Origin: Cyanophora paradoxa CCMP329
Lineage: Eukaryota > Plantae > Glaucophyta
Assembly: GCA_004431415.1 (NCBI GenBank)
Contig: QPMI01000640.1
Location: forward strand, 128,816 to 192,815
Direction: 5' to 3'
Length of the DNA stretch: 64,000 bases
Shown: piece by piece, positions 10,310 to 21,700 of the stretch
How the letters are laid out: each line of letters begins with the position of its first letter
Position numbering within the stretch: the stretch's first letter is position 1
Translations under genes and position numbers: made by a program
Notes under the pieces: generated by a model
Database searches by the model: none
What the model was told of the DNA's origin: nothing
What the model saw: the letters and a program-made list of their open reading frames with translations, nothing else

Positions 10310-13300
10310 CTACAGATCTAAAGCCGCGAGGGCCTGCCGCAGGGTCCCCACGATCTCTGCCGTCGAGGGCCGCCCGGAGGGCTCCTCGGCCCAGCAGCGC
10401 GCGAGGAGCCCCGCGAGGGCGGCCGGCAGGTCGGGGGGGATGGGCGGCCGCTCGCCCCCCTCCAGCACCCGCGCCGTGATCTGCCGTCCCCGCGCCCAGT
10501 ATTAGTTATATATATATCTTTAATTCGCTCGGCGCCGGCCTAGCACTAATTCGAGTCCGGAAGCTGAAGGATAGGCCTAGGGTGGCGGAGGCGTATACGT
10601 AGATCGATATCCAGCTACAAAAAAAGCAAGATTGTAGAGAAGAGCGGGGTGCATATGGGCAGGGCAGCGGGGGCGTACGTGCTCGGGGCGGAGCCAGGCC
10701 TCGACGGGGCGGCGGGCGAGGAGCTCCCAGAGGACGACCCCGAGGCCGTACACGTCGCTCCGCTCGTCGTACCCCCGCATCCGCTCCACCTCCGGCGCCC
10801 GGTACTGCCCCCCCGGCCCCCGCGACGGTGAGCCGGCACTCCATCGCAGACCTAGATCCAGACGAAATTGAAAAAAGTCAAACAAAAGCGGCGCACGTGG
10901 CGGTCGCCGACGGGGTTCCTCGGATGGCGCCCGCTCCGCTCCCTCCGGTGGGAGGCGCTGAAGTCTGAACGAAAGGGAACCCCATGCAAAATTAAAGGAA
11001 ATTCAATCGAGACGGATTTCAGAAGCTCAAACCACCAATCTTGACATTTAAGAGGTCGTCCTGCTCTCCATCGCGCAATTCAGCTTAGTCCATTAGACAA
11101 ACTTCGGATTTATGCATCACAAATTTCATCCGACGTACCACAAAGATATTCTCAGACTGCGAATTCGCGCGGAGGGACATAAAGCTTAAGATCCGTCCTC
11201 TTGATGCTGGGCCCGGGATACGTATACGCATACGAATTCGCACCTTGAAGTCTTTGTGTATCACAGGTGGCTGTCTGCTTTGCAGATAGTGCAGGCCTGC
11301 TCACGCAAAGAAATAAAAACATATTTGCATACATATAACACGCGTAGTACGAGCTATACATATTTGCACCAAATAAAAACTTCATCAAGGCTTGCAAAAC
11401 AATTGCACCTTCGGCGATCTGAAGGGCCATAAGCATAATCTGTTTTTGATCCAGCTCGCCAATCAATGAGCTGTTCTGCATCGTTAACATCACATATCAA
11501 TATTGTTCATGACAGGCACAAATTCGAATGGAACGGAGGTGCACATGTAGTTCACGCGCGTGCTCACCCGTATGATTTGCTTCAAGTTCCCTCGCCCCAT
11601 ATACTCCATGACTGCATCGATATCGCGCACCGCAATTCATTGAGTCAGTCTTCTGCGCACTCTGCTACGAGCGGGCAGATGTGGGGCCCTTCGGGTTCAC
11701 CGAGAATGGGGCTGGGGGGTCTCAACGAAGCCCCGACGAGAGCGACGACCCGCGGAGACTGCAGGGACCTGCAGCAAATATTTCAGTACTATTCATTGAA
11801 TCTCAAAATATGAATTGAAGCTTTTAGAGACATATATGTGTATGTTCAATTGCTCATGAATATATGGTGCGTGCACACGTACACGTACCAGTGGATATCC
11901 GCTTCGCTTCGCAATCTACGTTTCTCTGCGTCTACGTACTCGTCGACGCGGGTCACCCTCTTGACCGCAACGACCTTCCCTGATCATGAGAATTGCACGC
12001 ACAGAGTCGATTTGTGATCGACGAAGAAAACCCAAAGGCAGATATCGATTGCGCCAATTTTGCAAGGCGGACCGTTGTAAATTCCCCGAAAAATCTCGAC
12101 TCGTGTGTCCAAATCTGCATACCCGCCGGAGTTTGGCACGATGCGCTCACCTAGAGCCAGCTGTGACCTCGAGTCAGGATGCAGCCAGGACACCCGGGAC
12201 AGAGTTTCGGATAAATACGTATATATACGCGGAGCACATGGGAGCGAGTGTACCTTGCGGGCATCAATATTCCACGGTAGTTCAGTTTCGAACTCGCCCC
12301 ACTCAAGATGAACGCCGAAATTTGTATGGCCGGCGTCATCACCAAATTTCCAGTCATCCCTCGAGCACGTTTCCAGAAGACTCATTTTCTGTACACACGA
12401 ATTAAAATGATGCGTGCGATATTAATTCGTTCGTTCTTTAATTTCGCGGCATTGAAGCGAATTCGAAGCGAACACGTGCGCGGACCGTTGGCAGGGCGAT
12501 CCCCGTGGCTCGCACCTCGCGCACTTTCTCTGCCTCTCGAGATAAAACCTGCGCTTCTCGAGATCAAGCTCGCGAACACTCGATCGCAGATTCGATTTCA
12601 GTACGCACGAGCATCGAGCTGTACGCCGTGCGAATGCGTTCAAACTCTGGATCGTTTGTAGACCTTGAATCCAAATTCGAAAGATCTGATCATCAATTTT
12701 ATGTGCATATGCATGTCACAGAACATGAGGTAGCCTGAACCTATATAATTAGCTATAGGACGCCGGTAAGGAGAGATCTGGATTTCGAAGTATACTGGTG
12801 AAGCCAGCTATTTTAAATTGAAGTGCGCCCGAATATTTTGCTGCGATATTACTCATGATCAGCGCGAACGGGGGCGCCGCACCTTGTCCGAGGCAGGTCA
12901 ATGCGTCAGCGAAAGCCGCCCTGGCCTCGCAGAGCAGCAGGGGAAGCACGGCGGCCTTCTGCCTCGACCACGCGCATGCGAACGATCGGGTCAGTCGACG
13001 TCGGCATCATCTCGAGCTGCCAAGCGAGGAACGGGGCATGGAAAATGCGTCTCGCAGTCGCCGAGCTGGCTCGCCTGGCGGACGATGAGCTCCCAGTCGG
13101 AGGAGCTCTCGTCGGGGCCCGCGGAGAGCGCCGCCCCCTCCTCCAGCGCCCCGCCCCCGTCCGCGCGCCTGCCCCCGCCCCGCCCCCGCGTGCCTGAGCC
13201 GCTGACTCCGTCTCCAGAAGCAAACGCACGAGAGGACAACTCGCAGGGCCTCTTCGATTCAAGGAGCCAGCCTCAGCGCGTCCGCACGCGTCGAGCCACG

Positions 13301-14405
13301 CGCACTGGCGCCCCCAGGCCTGCGAGCGAATTTAATCTCCAACGTCATAATTATATAAATTAAACGACTCGGCGATATATCGATTTCATGATTGAGGTGC
13401 TGCTAGACATGAACGCCATTGCGGATCTCTGGACGCACCAACAAGCGCTGGCCATGGCCGGATCGCGATGCGGGCTCGCCAACGTCAACGCTCGCAGCTT
13501 TTCAGCGAGCAGGTCGGCGAGAGAGGAGAGGAGGAGGGTGGACTCTTGGACGACCGCAGCAGCAGCTGCAGACGCCTCCTCGAGCTCCTCGTGCTGGCCT
13601 GCCGCTGCAGCGCGCAACCGGGCCCACCGAGCAGGCAGCGCCGCGACGGAGGTCGCCAGCTCGTCCAGAGCCTGCAGCTGCCGCACCGTGGCCGTGGGGC
13701 TCCCCAGGCCTGCAGCTGTGCGCGCCACGCCCGAATAAATTAGAGACCGCGAGCGCAGCTACAGGAAAGGTCGCACACGCGTACAGACCGGGTAGGGGAT
13801 GCGCATGCGCATGCGCAGCTGCGGCGTCGATTGTGCGGAGCGCCACGGCGAGGGTCTTCGACGCCGCCACGAAGCCGAGGCGATGGTCTTCCAGTCGCGC
13901 CGACAGGCAGCGGAGGGCATGCGCAGCTGCTGCATGCGCATCGATTGCTCCAACGGCCTCTAGATCTCGCGCGTGAAGCATGCGCTCTAGCTCTGCGCAT
14001 GCATATGCGCAGAAAGGAGCGTACGCGTACACGTGAGCTTGTAATTGCGCGCTGCCGCTGCCAAATTAAAGCCGGCCCGGAGCACGAGCATGAGATCTAG
14101 ACAGGAAAGATATGCACGTGCTCACTTCGAACGTACAAATCGTCCGGAGGTCCGAGCAGGCTGGCACGCGTTAACGTTGCCCGCCGGAGCCACCAGCAGA
14201 TCGAGACGAGCTCTTGATCGAAGTCACGACCAGCGTACGCGTCCGCGTGGGGCGGGAAGCTGACGCTAGCGATCGGCCGCGGCTGCCAAAGCGCCCCTAT
14301 GACAAGTACTAGGCGTGGAGTCGATGGCCAGCCGCAGACCGCCCAGATGGCGATGGCGACGATGGCGCAGCTCGCAGACGCGATCCAGAAGCCGTCGAGG
14401 CGCAT
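10310..14405 (-). CDS. Tyrosine-kinase-like protein kinase with N-terminal coiled-coil region; 5' extent uncertain
   Basis: Minus-strand exons: MALQIAE-GLHYLQS.QPPVIHKDFK-SENI, VKIG-DFS, YRAPE, SDVYGLGVVLWEL, RPPIP...LLARCWAEEPSGRPS. Stop at 10310-10312. Upstream exons are tentative and some appear frameshifted. Confidence 0.7.
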
Positions 14406-15416
14406 GGGTCGCCCGCGCGCTGCTGCTGCATGCATATGTGCGCAGCTGCCGCGCCGCGGCTGCGCGCGCGCGGGCCGGGGCCGGCCGGCGCGCCGCGGGG
14501 GCCGGCCGCGGGCAATTGCAAATTGAAGGCCTATAGCTGCAGCTGGGGCGCGCCCCGCGCGCGGCGCCGGCGCCGGCCGGGCGCGCGTCGGGCTAGCGCT
14601 ACGCCGAGGCCTAGATCTCGCTGTGGGGCGGCCTTGCAATTGCAAGCCGATCGGATCGCCGCCGCTACGGCTGCATGCGCAGCTGTCGCGATCGCGCGCG
14701 CTTCAGATGGGCCCAGCTGGCCAGTCCGCGCGCGCGCGCGCAGGGCCGTGGCCTTGAATGTTATCGTTGCGCATGCCGGCCCGCGACAAAGCGGCTGCTT
14801 CTGCGCCGTGGCCCTTGATAAGTCGACATGCGGCGCGCACCGCGCGCGCCGGGGCGCCGCGCATTCGCCGGCGCATGCGCACCGCGGCAACAGCACTAAT
14901 GCTGGCGCGGCGCGCGCCCAGTCCGAACGCCCGCGCAAGTAACTGCCCGCGCGCGCGCGCGCGAAGTAACTGCCCGTGCCGCCCTCGGAAGTTCCTCTAC
15001 CCAGGCGCGCCAGCTCAAGCCGGCTTGGAGCTTCTGCAGCTGTAGTTTTCCGGCTCGCCAGCTCCTCCCCTCCCCCCGCCCCCCCCAATAAAAAAAAAGC
15101 TCCCCGCCTAGCGCTAGCTCAATATTATTTATATAATTAAATAAATATAATTGCAAGCTCTGCACGTCTCGCGCGGGCTGCGGGCGCGCAGGCTGCAACG
15201 AGGGGGTCGGGGTCGACGTCGGCCCCGGGCTGCGCTGCGCTCCGCTGCGCTGTGCTCGAGCCCGCCTTCACCGAACTCGCCGCACCCCTCCACGCCGCAT
15301 TCCCCACTGTCCCCCCACTGGAGCCGGCCCTCGTGTTTCTCGCGGCCGCCCGAGCCGGCCCAGCCTCTCTTCCAAGTCAAAACACGGTGGCGGGGCGCCG
15401 TGGGGCCGGCGAGGCG

Positions 15417-17098
15417 CTAGCGGAGGCAGTGCTGGAGGGCCGTCTGGGGGAAGGGGCCCGAGGAGCCCGAGAGGCGGCGGCCCAGCCCCAGGCCCCCCGG
15501 CGCCCCGTGCGACGAGTCCCGCGCCAGCGCGCTCGCCTGCGCGTGAGGTTCGATCCGCACATCGGAAGCGGAGGGGAGGGGCGGGGGGCGCTTCGCTGGC
15601 TCGCTTGCCTGGCGCTGGGCCGAGCCGACGGAGTTGAAGATGGAGGGGGCGGCCGCCCCGTACGATTGCGCCGAGAAGCGCCGCGGGGAGAGCAGCGGCG
15701 GGCCCATGCCCCCCGCGTCGTAGCTGCGGCGGGGGGCGTCAGGGTCGCGAGGAACAGGGCCTGCCTCCGCCGCGCTCGCCTGTGGTGGATTGGGGAGGAG
15801 AAGAGGCCGGGGCCGGACCCCGAGGGGCCCGGCGAGGTGCCCGGGGGCGGGTTCAGGGGTACGGAGTTGAGGAGCCGCCCGAGGACGGGGTCGGGTGCCG
15901 CGAGGCGGCGGTCGGGGTACGACGACGGGACGGGGGGGGCGGGGGCGGGGGCGGGGCGGGGGGGGGAGGAGGGGCCGGCCCTTGGGGGGTCCGGGAGGGG
16001 CCGGGAGGGGCCCGACGGAGTACGGGGCGGACGGGGGCGCGGGCGCGGGGGCCGGGCGGGTAAGGGGCGCCTCGGGGGGGCGCGTGGCGTGCTGGAGATG
16101 CGGGGAGGAGGGGCTGATGAACCCCAGGCTGGTGCGCGCCAGCTGCTGCACGCGGCTGTCCCAAGACGAGCCCACCAGCTGTGACAGCGGCTCCTGCGCG
16201 CCCCTCGCCTCGCGAGGCGGCGGGGGGGGGGGGGGGGGGGGGGGGGCGCGGGGAGGGGGGCGGCGCACCGCCGCGCCCTGCGAGCGCGCCAGCTGAATGT
16301 TCTCTGTGCGACGCGACGTGAAAAGGAGGGGCGGGAGGGGGTAGTGGGAATGGAAGGGGGTACCCGAGCTGCCCTCGCACGCCAGGCACAGAAGCGCCAG
16401 CGCCTGGATGGCGACGCCGGTGTCGGTCTGGCCCCGCTCTCAGCCCGGGAAAAAATGGAAGGGGGGTAGGCGGGGCACAGTGGGGGTGGCGGCGATGTTG
16501 GCGAGGGCAGCGAGGAAGCCGTACTGAGCCATCGAGGCGCGAAGGCCTGCGGGGATGAGGGGCGGAGGCGAGGCTCAGCGAGAAGAGGACGAGCTCGCGG
16601 GAGGCAGGGGGGGGGGCGGGGGGGGGGCGCGCACCCCTGCGGCGGGCGTCGTCGGCGCGATCGTACATGTGCCCGAGGAGCGTGATCGCCTCGGCCGAGG
16701 CCTCCGCGAACGCCCCCGACACGATCTGCCGCCCCCGAGGAGACGCCGTGAGCGAGCGCCCCTCCCGGCTCCTCGCGCGCAGCAGCCGGCGGCTTCTTCG
16801 GGGGTACGCCGACGCACGCGGGCGAGCATGCCGGACTGGTATTTGTACGAGGCGCAGACGACGCCGCAGGCCACAGCGTCGGCGCCCTCCTCGATGCACG
16901 TCTGCGCGGCGCCCCGCCGGCTCGGTCGGGGGGGCGGGGGTGCAGGGCAAGGGCGGGAGGGAGGGGGCGTGGAGCGGGAGAGACGTACGGGGAGGATGGT
17001 GGCGGGGGAGAGGCCGACGAGGGTGTAGAGGATGCGGAACGCGGTCGCCATCGCTGCCGTCGCCCCGCCCGGGCGTCGGCCCCCGGGCGGGCGCGCGG

Positions 17099-17130
<32 letters not shown>

Positions 17131-18096
17131 CGGGCGGGTGGCTCACCGCGGGCGTTGTCGAGGCTGGCGCACATTACGTCGACCAGCGCGCGCACCGAGC
17201 CGGCGAAGAGCGTCCCGCTCCCTGCCCGAGCTCAGCATTCCATGAGGGCGCGGGGCCCCCGCGCGGGGCGCACCGAAGGCGGCGACGGCCGCAAGAACGC
17301 GCATCCCGTGCTCCACGAGCTCGTGGTGGTCCGTCCGCGCCTTCAGCAGCCGCAGCACCGAGTGCGCTGCGCCGCGTGAGGAAAGAATCTGCTCCGCCGT
17401 GCGGTCGGGCGCAGTGGGAAGCGACGCGTGGCGCACCGGCGCCGATGGTTGCAAAGGCGCAGACGCTTTCGGCGCCGGCGGCACACATCGATTCGATGGC
17501 GTTAAAGCAGGCGATGAGCGCCGGAGGCCGCAGCACGTCGCTGCTGTCCAGCACGGCCAGCAGCCGCTTGCACCCGTCGTGGTGCAAAAGCTCCAGCACC
17601 GCATCTGCTTGTGTCGTTTCGAGGTCTCAGCGCGCGCCTGCGGGGCGGCGCGGCCGCGGGTCAGGGAAAGCACCTCTGGGAGCAGGGCCGTGCTTCGTCT
17701 TCCAGATGATGGCGCGGCATGCGATCTCGATCTGCATACAGCGTAAACTTGCGTCGCCGTCGCCGCTGAAGCGCTTAGGCGCCACCTGCTCGTTGTCGTG
17801 CGGGTGGTTCTTGATCGAAGTGAGCACCTGCTCGACCGTGGCGTGGTTCCAAGCTGCGAGTTGCGGTCAAAATGAGGGTTCAAGTTACGAAGAGATAGAG
17901 AGATGCGCCCACCGGCTTGTCCCGGAAGCGCCCTCTTCAGCAAGCCGCCGCCTCCACCCTTGTCTTCGTCGTCGCTCGGGCGGCAGCATAGGTCCAAACC
18001 AAAGCTTGCTATGGCATCTTTCATGCGCTCCAAGAAGAATCGGGCGAGCAGCTGCCCGGCCGAAATCCGATCCGGCGCGCGGAAGCTGCCGTCCAT
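15417..18096 (-). CDS. Armadillo/HEAT-like helical-repeat protein with low-complexity Pro/Ser tail
   Basis: Spliced exons with amphipathic helices (EQVLTSIKNHPHDNEQ, IEIACRAI, GAAHSVLRLLKARTDHHELVEHGMRVLAAV). Introns of the local type. Family assignment by pattern only. Confidence 0.5.
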
Positions 18097-18222
18097 GGCG
18101 GCCCCTGCGGCGCCGCTGGTGCGGCCAAGCTCCAAAAGTCACCAGCTCCGGCGGCCGAGTCGCCCCCGGTCGGAGCTTCGGTCGGAGCGCTCTAATCGGA
18201 GTACCCCTGCATTGGATCATGC

Positions 18223-18628
18223 TAGGGACTATCCTTGCAAGGAACCACCTTGCGTTTAAGGTGCGTTTTTGGCCGTTTAAGGTGACCTTGCCAAGGTCGG
18301 AAGGTGATCAAGGTGAGGGCAAGGTCCGCCCATACAAAATTTTTGTATGGGAGCGCTACGGCGGCCTACATCTGACCCCCCCATCGGACGCTGGATTGGT
18401 GGAAACGTGCTTAATTTCAGCCACATTTGGCTAAGATCAACTCGATCTGAGACATAGATCAAGTGAAAGATGCACGGTTCAATGTTGGATCTAGTAAATT
18501 GTGAGCCCGCCGCACGATTTGTATGGTGAAAACTTTGTATGGCGGGACCTTAAGGGAACCTTGCCAAGGTGGCGAGGCGTTCAAGGTCACCTTGTCAAGG
18601 TGGCGAGGGGTACCAAGGATAGTCCCTA
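18223..18628. mobile_element. Non-autonomous hAT-type MITE (406 bp)
   Basis: Perfect 15-bp TIRs TAGGGACTATCCTTG (18223-18237) / CAAGGATAGTCCCTA (18614-18628). Exact 8-bp TSD GATCATGC (18215-18222, 18629-18636). Many subterminal CAAGGT/ACCTTG words. Confidence 0.92.
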
Positions 18629-18785
18629 GATCATGCCATCATGGCTGGCATAGCCAGCACAGGCTCGCCAGCGGCCGTAGGCGCGCCTGGGTGCGGCTAG
18701 GCACGTTCGCGGTGCACCCTTGTTGACGGTCGATTTGCTGTGCACGCTTGTGGACTGTCGAGCCTTTCAGCATTCACCTGCCGCA

Positions 18786-21700
18786 ATGGACACATCCGGG
18801 AGCTACGAGAACTCGCTGGAGCTGTCCTCGTCCGCCGGCAGCATGAACTTCGGCCGCAACGAGGCGGCGTTCGCCTTCGGCGGGCAGATACCGCGTGCGG
18901 TGCAGAAGAAGCTCCAGCAGCAGCAACAACAACAACAGCAGCAGCAGCAGGGCGCCGGGCGCGGCAGCTACGGCGCTCCAATTTCAAAATCCGCGCCCGC
19001 CCCTGCCGGCCGCGGGGTCCCTCCGGCGGCCGGCGCGCGCGATCCTTACGCAGCTATCAACCTCTCGGGTCCCGCATCATCATCCGCCGCGAAGCCGAGG
19101 GAGCCCTACGCCGGCATCCAGCTCGGCGGTCCGAGCGCAGCAGCGGCGAAGGACCCCTATGCCAGCATACCGCTCGGGGGCGCTAGCGGCGTCGCGAAGA
19201 AGGATCCTTACGCGGGCATCCCCCTGAGCGCGGGCCCCGGTCCCTCGGGAGGCGGGGGCGGGGGCGGCGTGCTGGGGTTCGGCGGCGGCCGCGGCGGCGC
19301 GGGCGCCAAGGACCCGTACGCGGCGGTGAGCTTGGACCCGTACGCGGCGGTTGATCTCAGCCGCGCGTCCTCCGCGCCGGGGGCGGCCAAGAAGGACCCC
19401 TACGGAGGCATCCAGCTCGGCGGCGGCGGCGCTGGCGGAGGCGGCGGCGGCCAGCGGCGCGGGAGCGCGACTTTCGACGCGGACAGCGATTTCGACTTGG
19501 AGGAGTTCGAGAAGCCGCAGAACAAGGGCCGGCGGACTGCCCCGGCGGGGGCCGCGACCGCCGCCTCCGCCTCCGCCTCCTTCGCGCGCGCCTCCAGCGC
19601 CCCCGCCAAGCAGGCCCCGCCCTCCGACCCCTACGCCGCCATACCCCTCGACTTCGGCGGCGGCGCCAAGGCCGGCGCGAAGGAGAAGCGCAGGGGTTCG
19701 GCCTCGGGCGGGGACGCTTTCGACCCCTTCGCGCCCCGCCCGGGTATCGCCGTCTTCGACCCGAACGCCGACCCCGACTTCGATGAGCTGTACGCCCCCC
19801 CGAAGCCCAAGCCCGCCCCCTCCCCCGTCCCGGCTCCGTCCCCCGCCCCCGCCCCCGCCCCCTCTCCGGAGCCGCGCCCGGGCATGTCGGGCCGCAAGGA
19901 CGCTGCCCCCGGCCCCGCATCCGCCGCCGGCTCCTCCTCGGCTTCGAAGGGCGGCGGCCAGTCTCTCTGGAGCGCCCCCGGGGCCCAGTCCTCCCTCGCC
20001 CCCGCCCGCTCCGCCCCTTCCTCTTCCCTCAAGGCGAGCGCCCCCCCCTTCCCCCCCTTCCCCCTCGCCTGCTGATACACGGGCAGGGGGGCGCGAAGGA
20101 TGCCTACTCCTTCGAGATCGACCTCAAGCCTGCGTCGTCCTCCTCCAAGGCCCGCCGCGGGCCCCGCGCCCCCGCAACCCCCTCCCCGCACCTCCTCTCA
20201 TCCCCCTCTTGCCCCGCCGCAGGCCCCGCCAGCATCAACCAAGCCGAAGGATCCGTACGCCTTCGACCTCGACCTCTCCTCCGTACCCTCCTCCAAGCCC
20301 GTGAGCCCTCTGCCCCCTTCCAGCTCGCCTTTCTGAGAGCCTCTCCCGGCTAATCGCGTGCCCCAGGCCGGCCCGAAGGACCCCTATGCCTTCGACATCG
20401 ATCTCAACCTCCCCTCCTCGAAGTCCCAGGCCCGCGCCCCTATCGACCCGCGTACCCTGGGGTCTCCTGTTGACGCGGTACCCCTGCAGCCCGCAGCAGG
20501 CAAAGTGAAGGACCCGTACGCGTTCGACGTCGACGTGCCTGCCGCAGGCTCCAAACCCGTGCGCATGCACCCCCTAGCCTTCCTGTACCCCCATCCCTCT
20601 GAGCCGGGGCAGGGATCGGCGAGAGGGTCGGACTTGGACGGGGAGAGCCGGCCGCGCACGGGCCCGCAGGCGCAGGCGGAGTCGCGCCGCGGGTCCATAG
20701 CCGACTCGCTGGCGGCGGCGGCGCAGGGGGGGCGGCCCCTCTCCGCAATGGAGCGAGCGGAGATGGCGCTGAGGAGCGGCCGGGGCGGCGGCAAGGCGGC
20801 CCCGGCGGCGCCGCCGGCGGCGCGCAGGTCGACATTCGAGGATTCGGACAGCAGCGAGGTGTTCGACTCGGATGGGGAGCTGGTCGTGGGGCCCAGGAAG
20901 CCCAAGGCGAGGCCGCCCGCTGCCCCCGCCGGCCCCGCCCCTGTTCGCCACCTGCCCCCTCTGCCCCCGCCCCCTCGCCCCCTGCCGCCTCCCTCGACTC
21001 GGCGTGTGCAGGGCGCGAGGGACCCGTACGCCGCGATAGACCTCGACATGGACTTCGGAAAGGCCGCCGGCAAGCCCGCCCCGGAAAAGGGCCCCGGCGA
21101 GAAGAACCGGCGGGGCAGCATCGCCTCCGACGCCTCCCTGGTGCAAGCCAGCGCCGCGCAAGGAAACAAACGCGGAAACGAGATCCCCCCGCGCAGGAGT
21201 CTGTCCCCTCGTCGGCCTTCTCGGACTCGCCGCGGCGCAAGTCGCCCCGGCGGGGGGCCGGCGCTGGGGCGGGCGCAGGCGCGGGCAAGCCGCAGCAGCG
21301 GCGGCCGCTCAGCGACGAGGAGGAGGACCTCGAGGTGCGGCGGGCGCGCTGGGGCGCGGGGCGACCGCTTCCGGCCGGCCGGCCTCTCTGAGGCCCGCGG
21401 CAGGCCAGCGGCGGCCTCGGCGAGTCCGACGAGCTCGCCAAGAGGTGCGCCCCAGCGACCCGCCCCGCCGGGGCGCGCGTGGTGGGGGTGTGGTGGAGGT
21501 GAGGGGGCCGGCTCGGGGCGCAGCGACGCGCTGGCGAACGCGATCCGGACGCTGGACTCGGCCATCGCCGAGCGCGCCCCCGTCCCCGCCCCCAAGAGGT
21601 CCCCCGCCCCTCCCCGCCCCGGAGAGCCCCCCCTCCCAACACCCGCATTCGGAAGCCCCGCGCCGCCTGACGCCCTAAGCCCCTCCCTTTCGCCGCAGCT

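Noticed and set aside
18426-18440. 15-nt match to the U2 snRNA 5' region (TTTGGCTAAGATCAA)
   Set aside because: It lacks the following GTGTAGTA branch-pairing sequence and an Sm site, and lies inside a MITE; probably chance.
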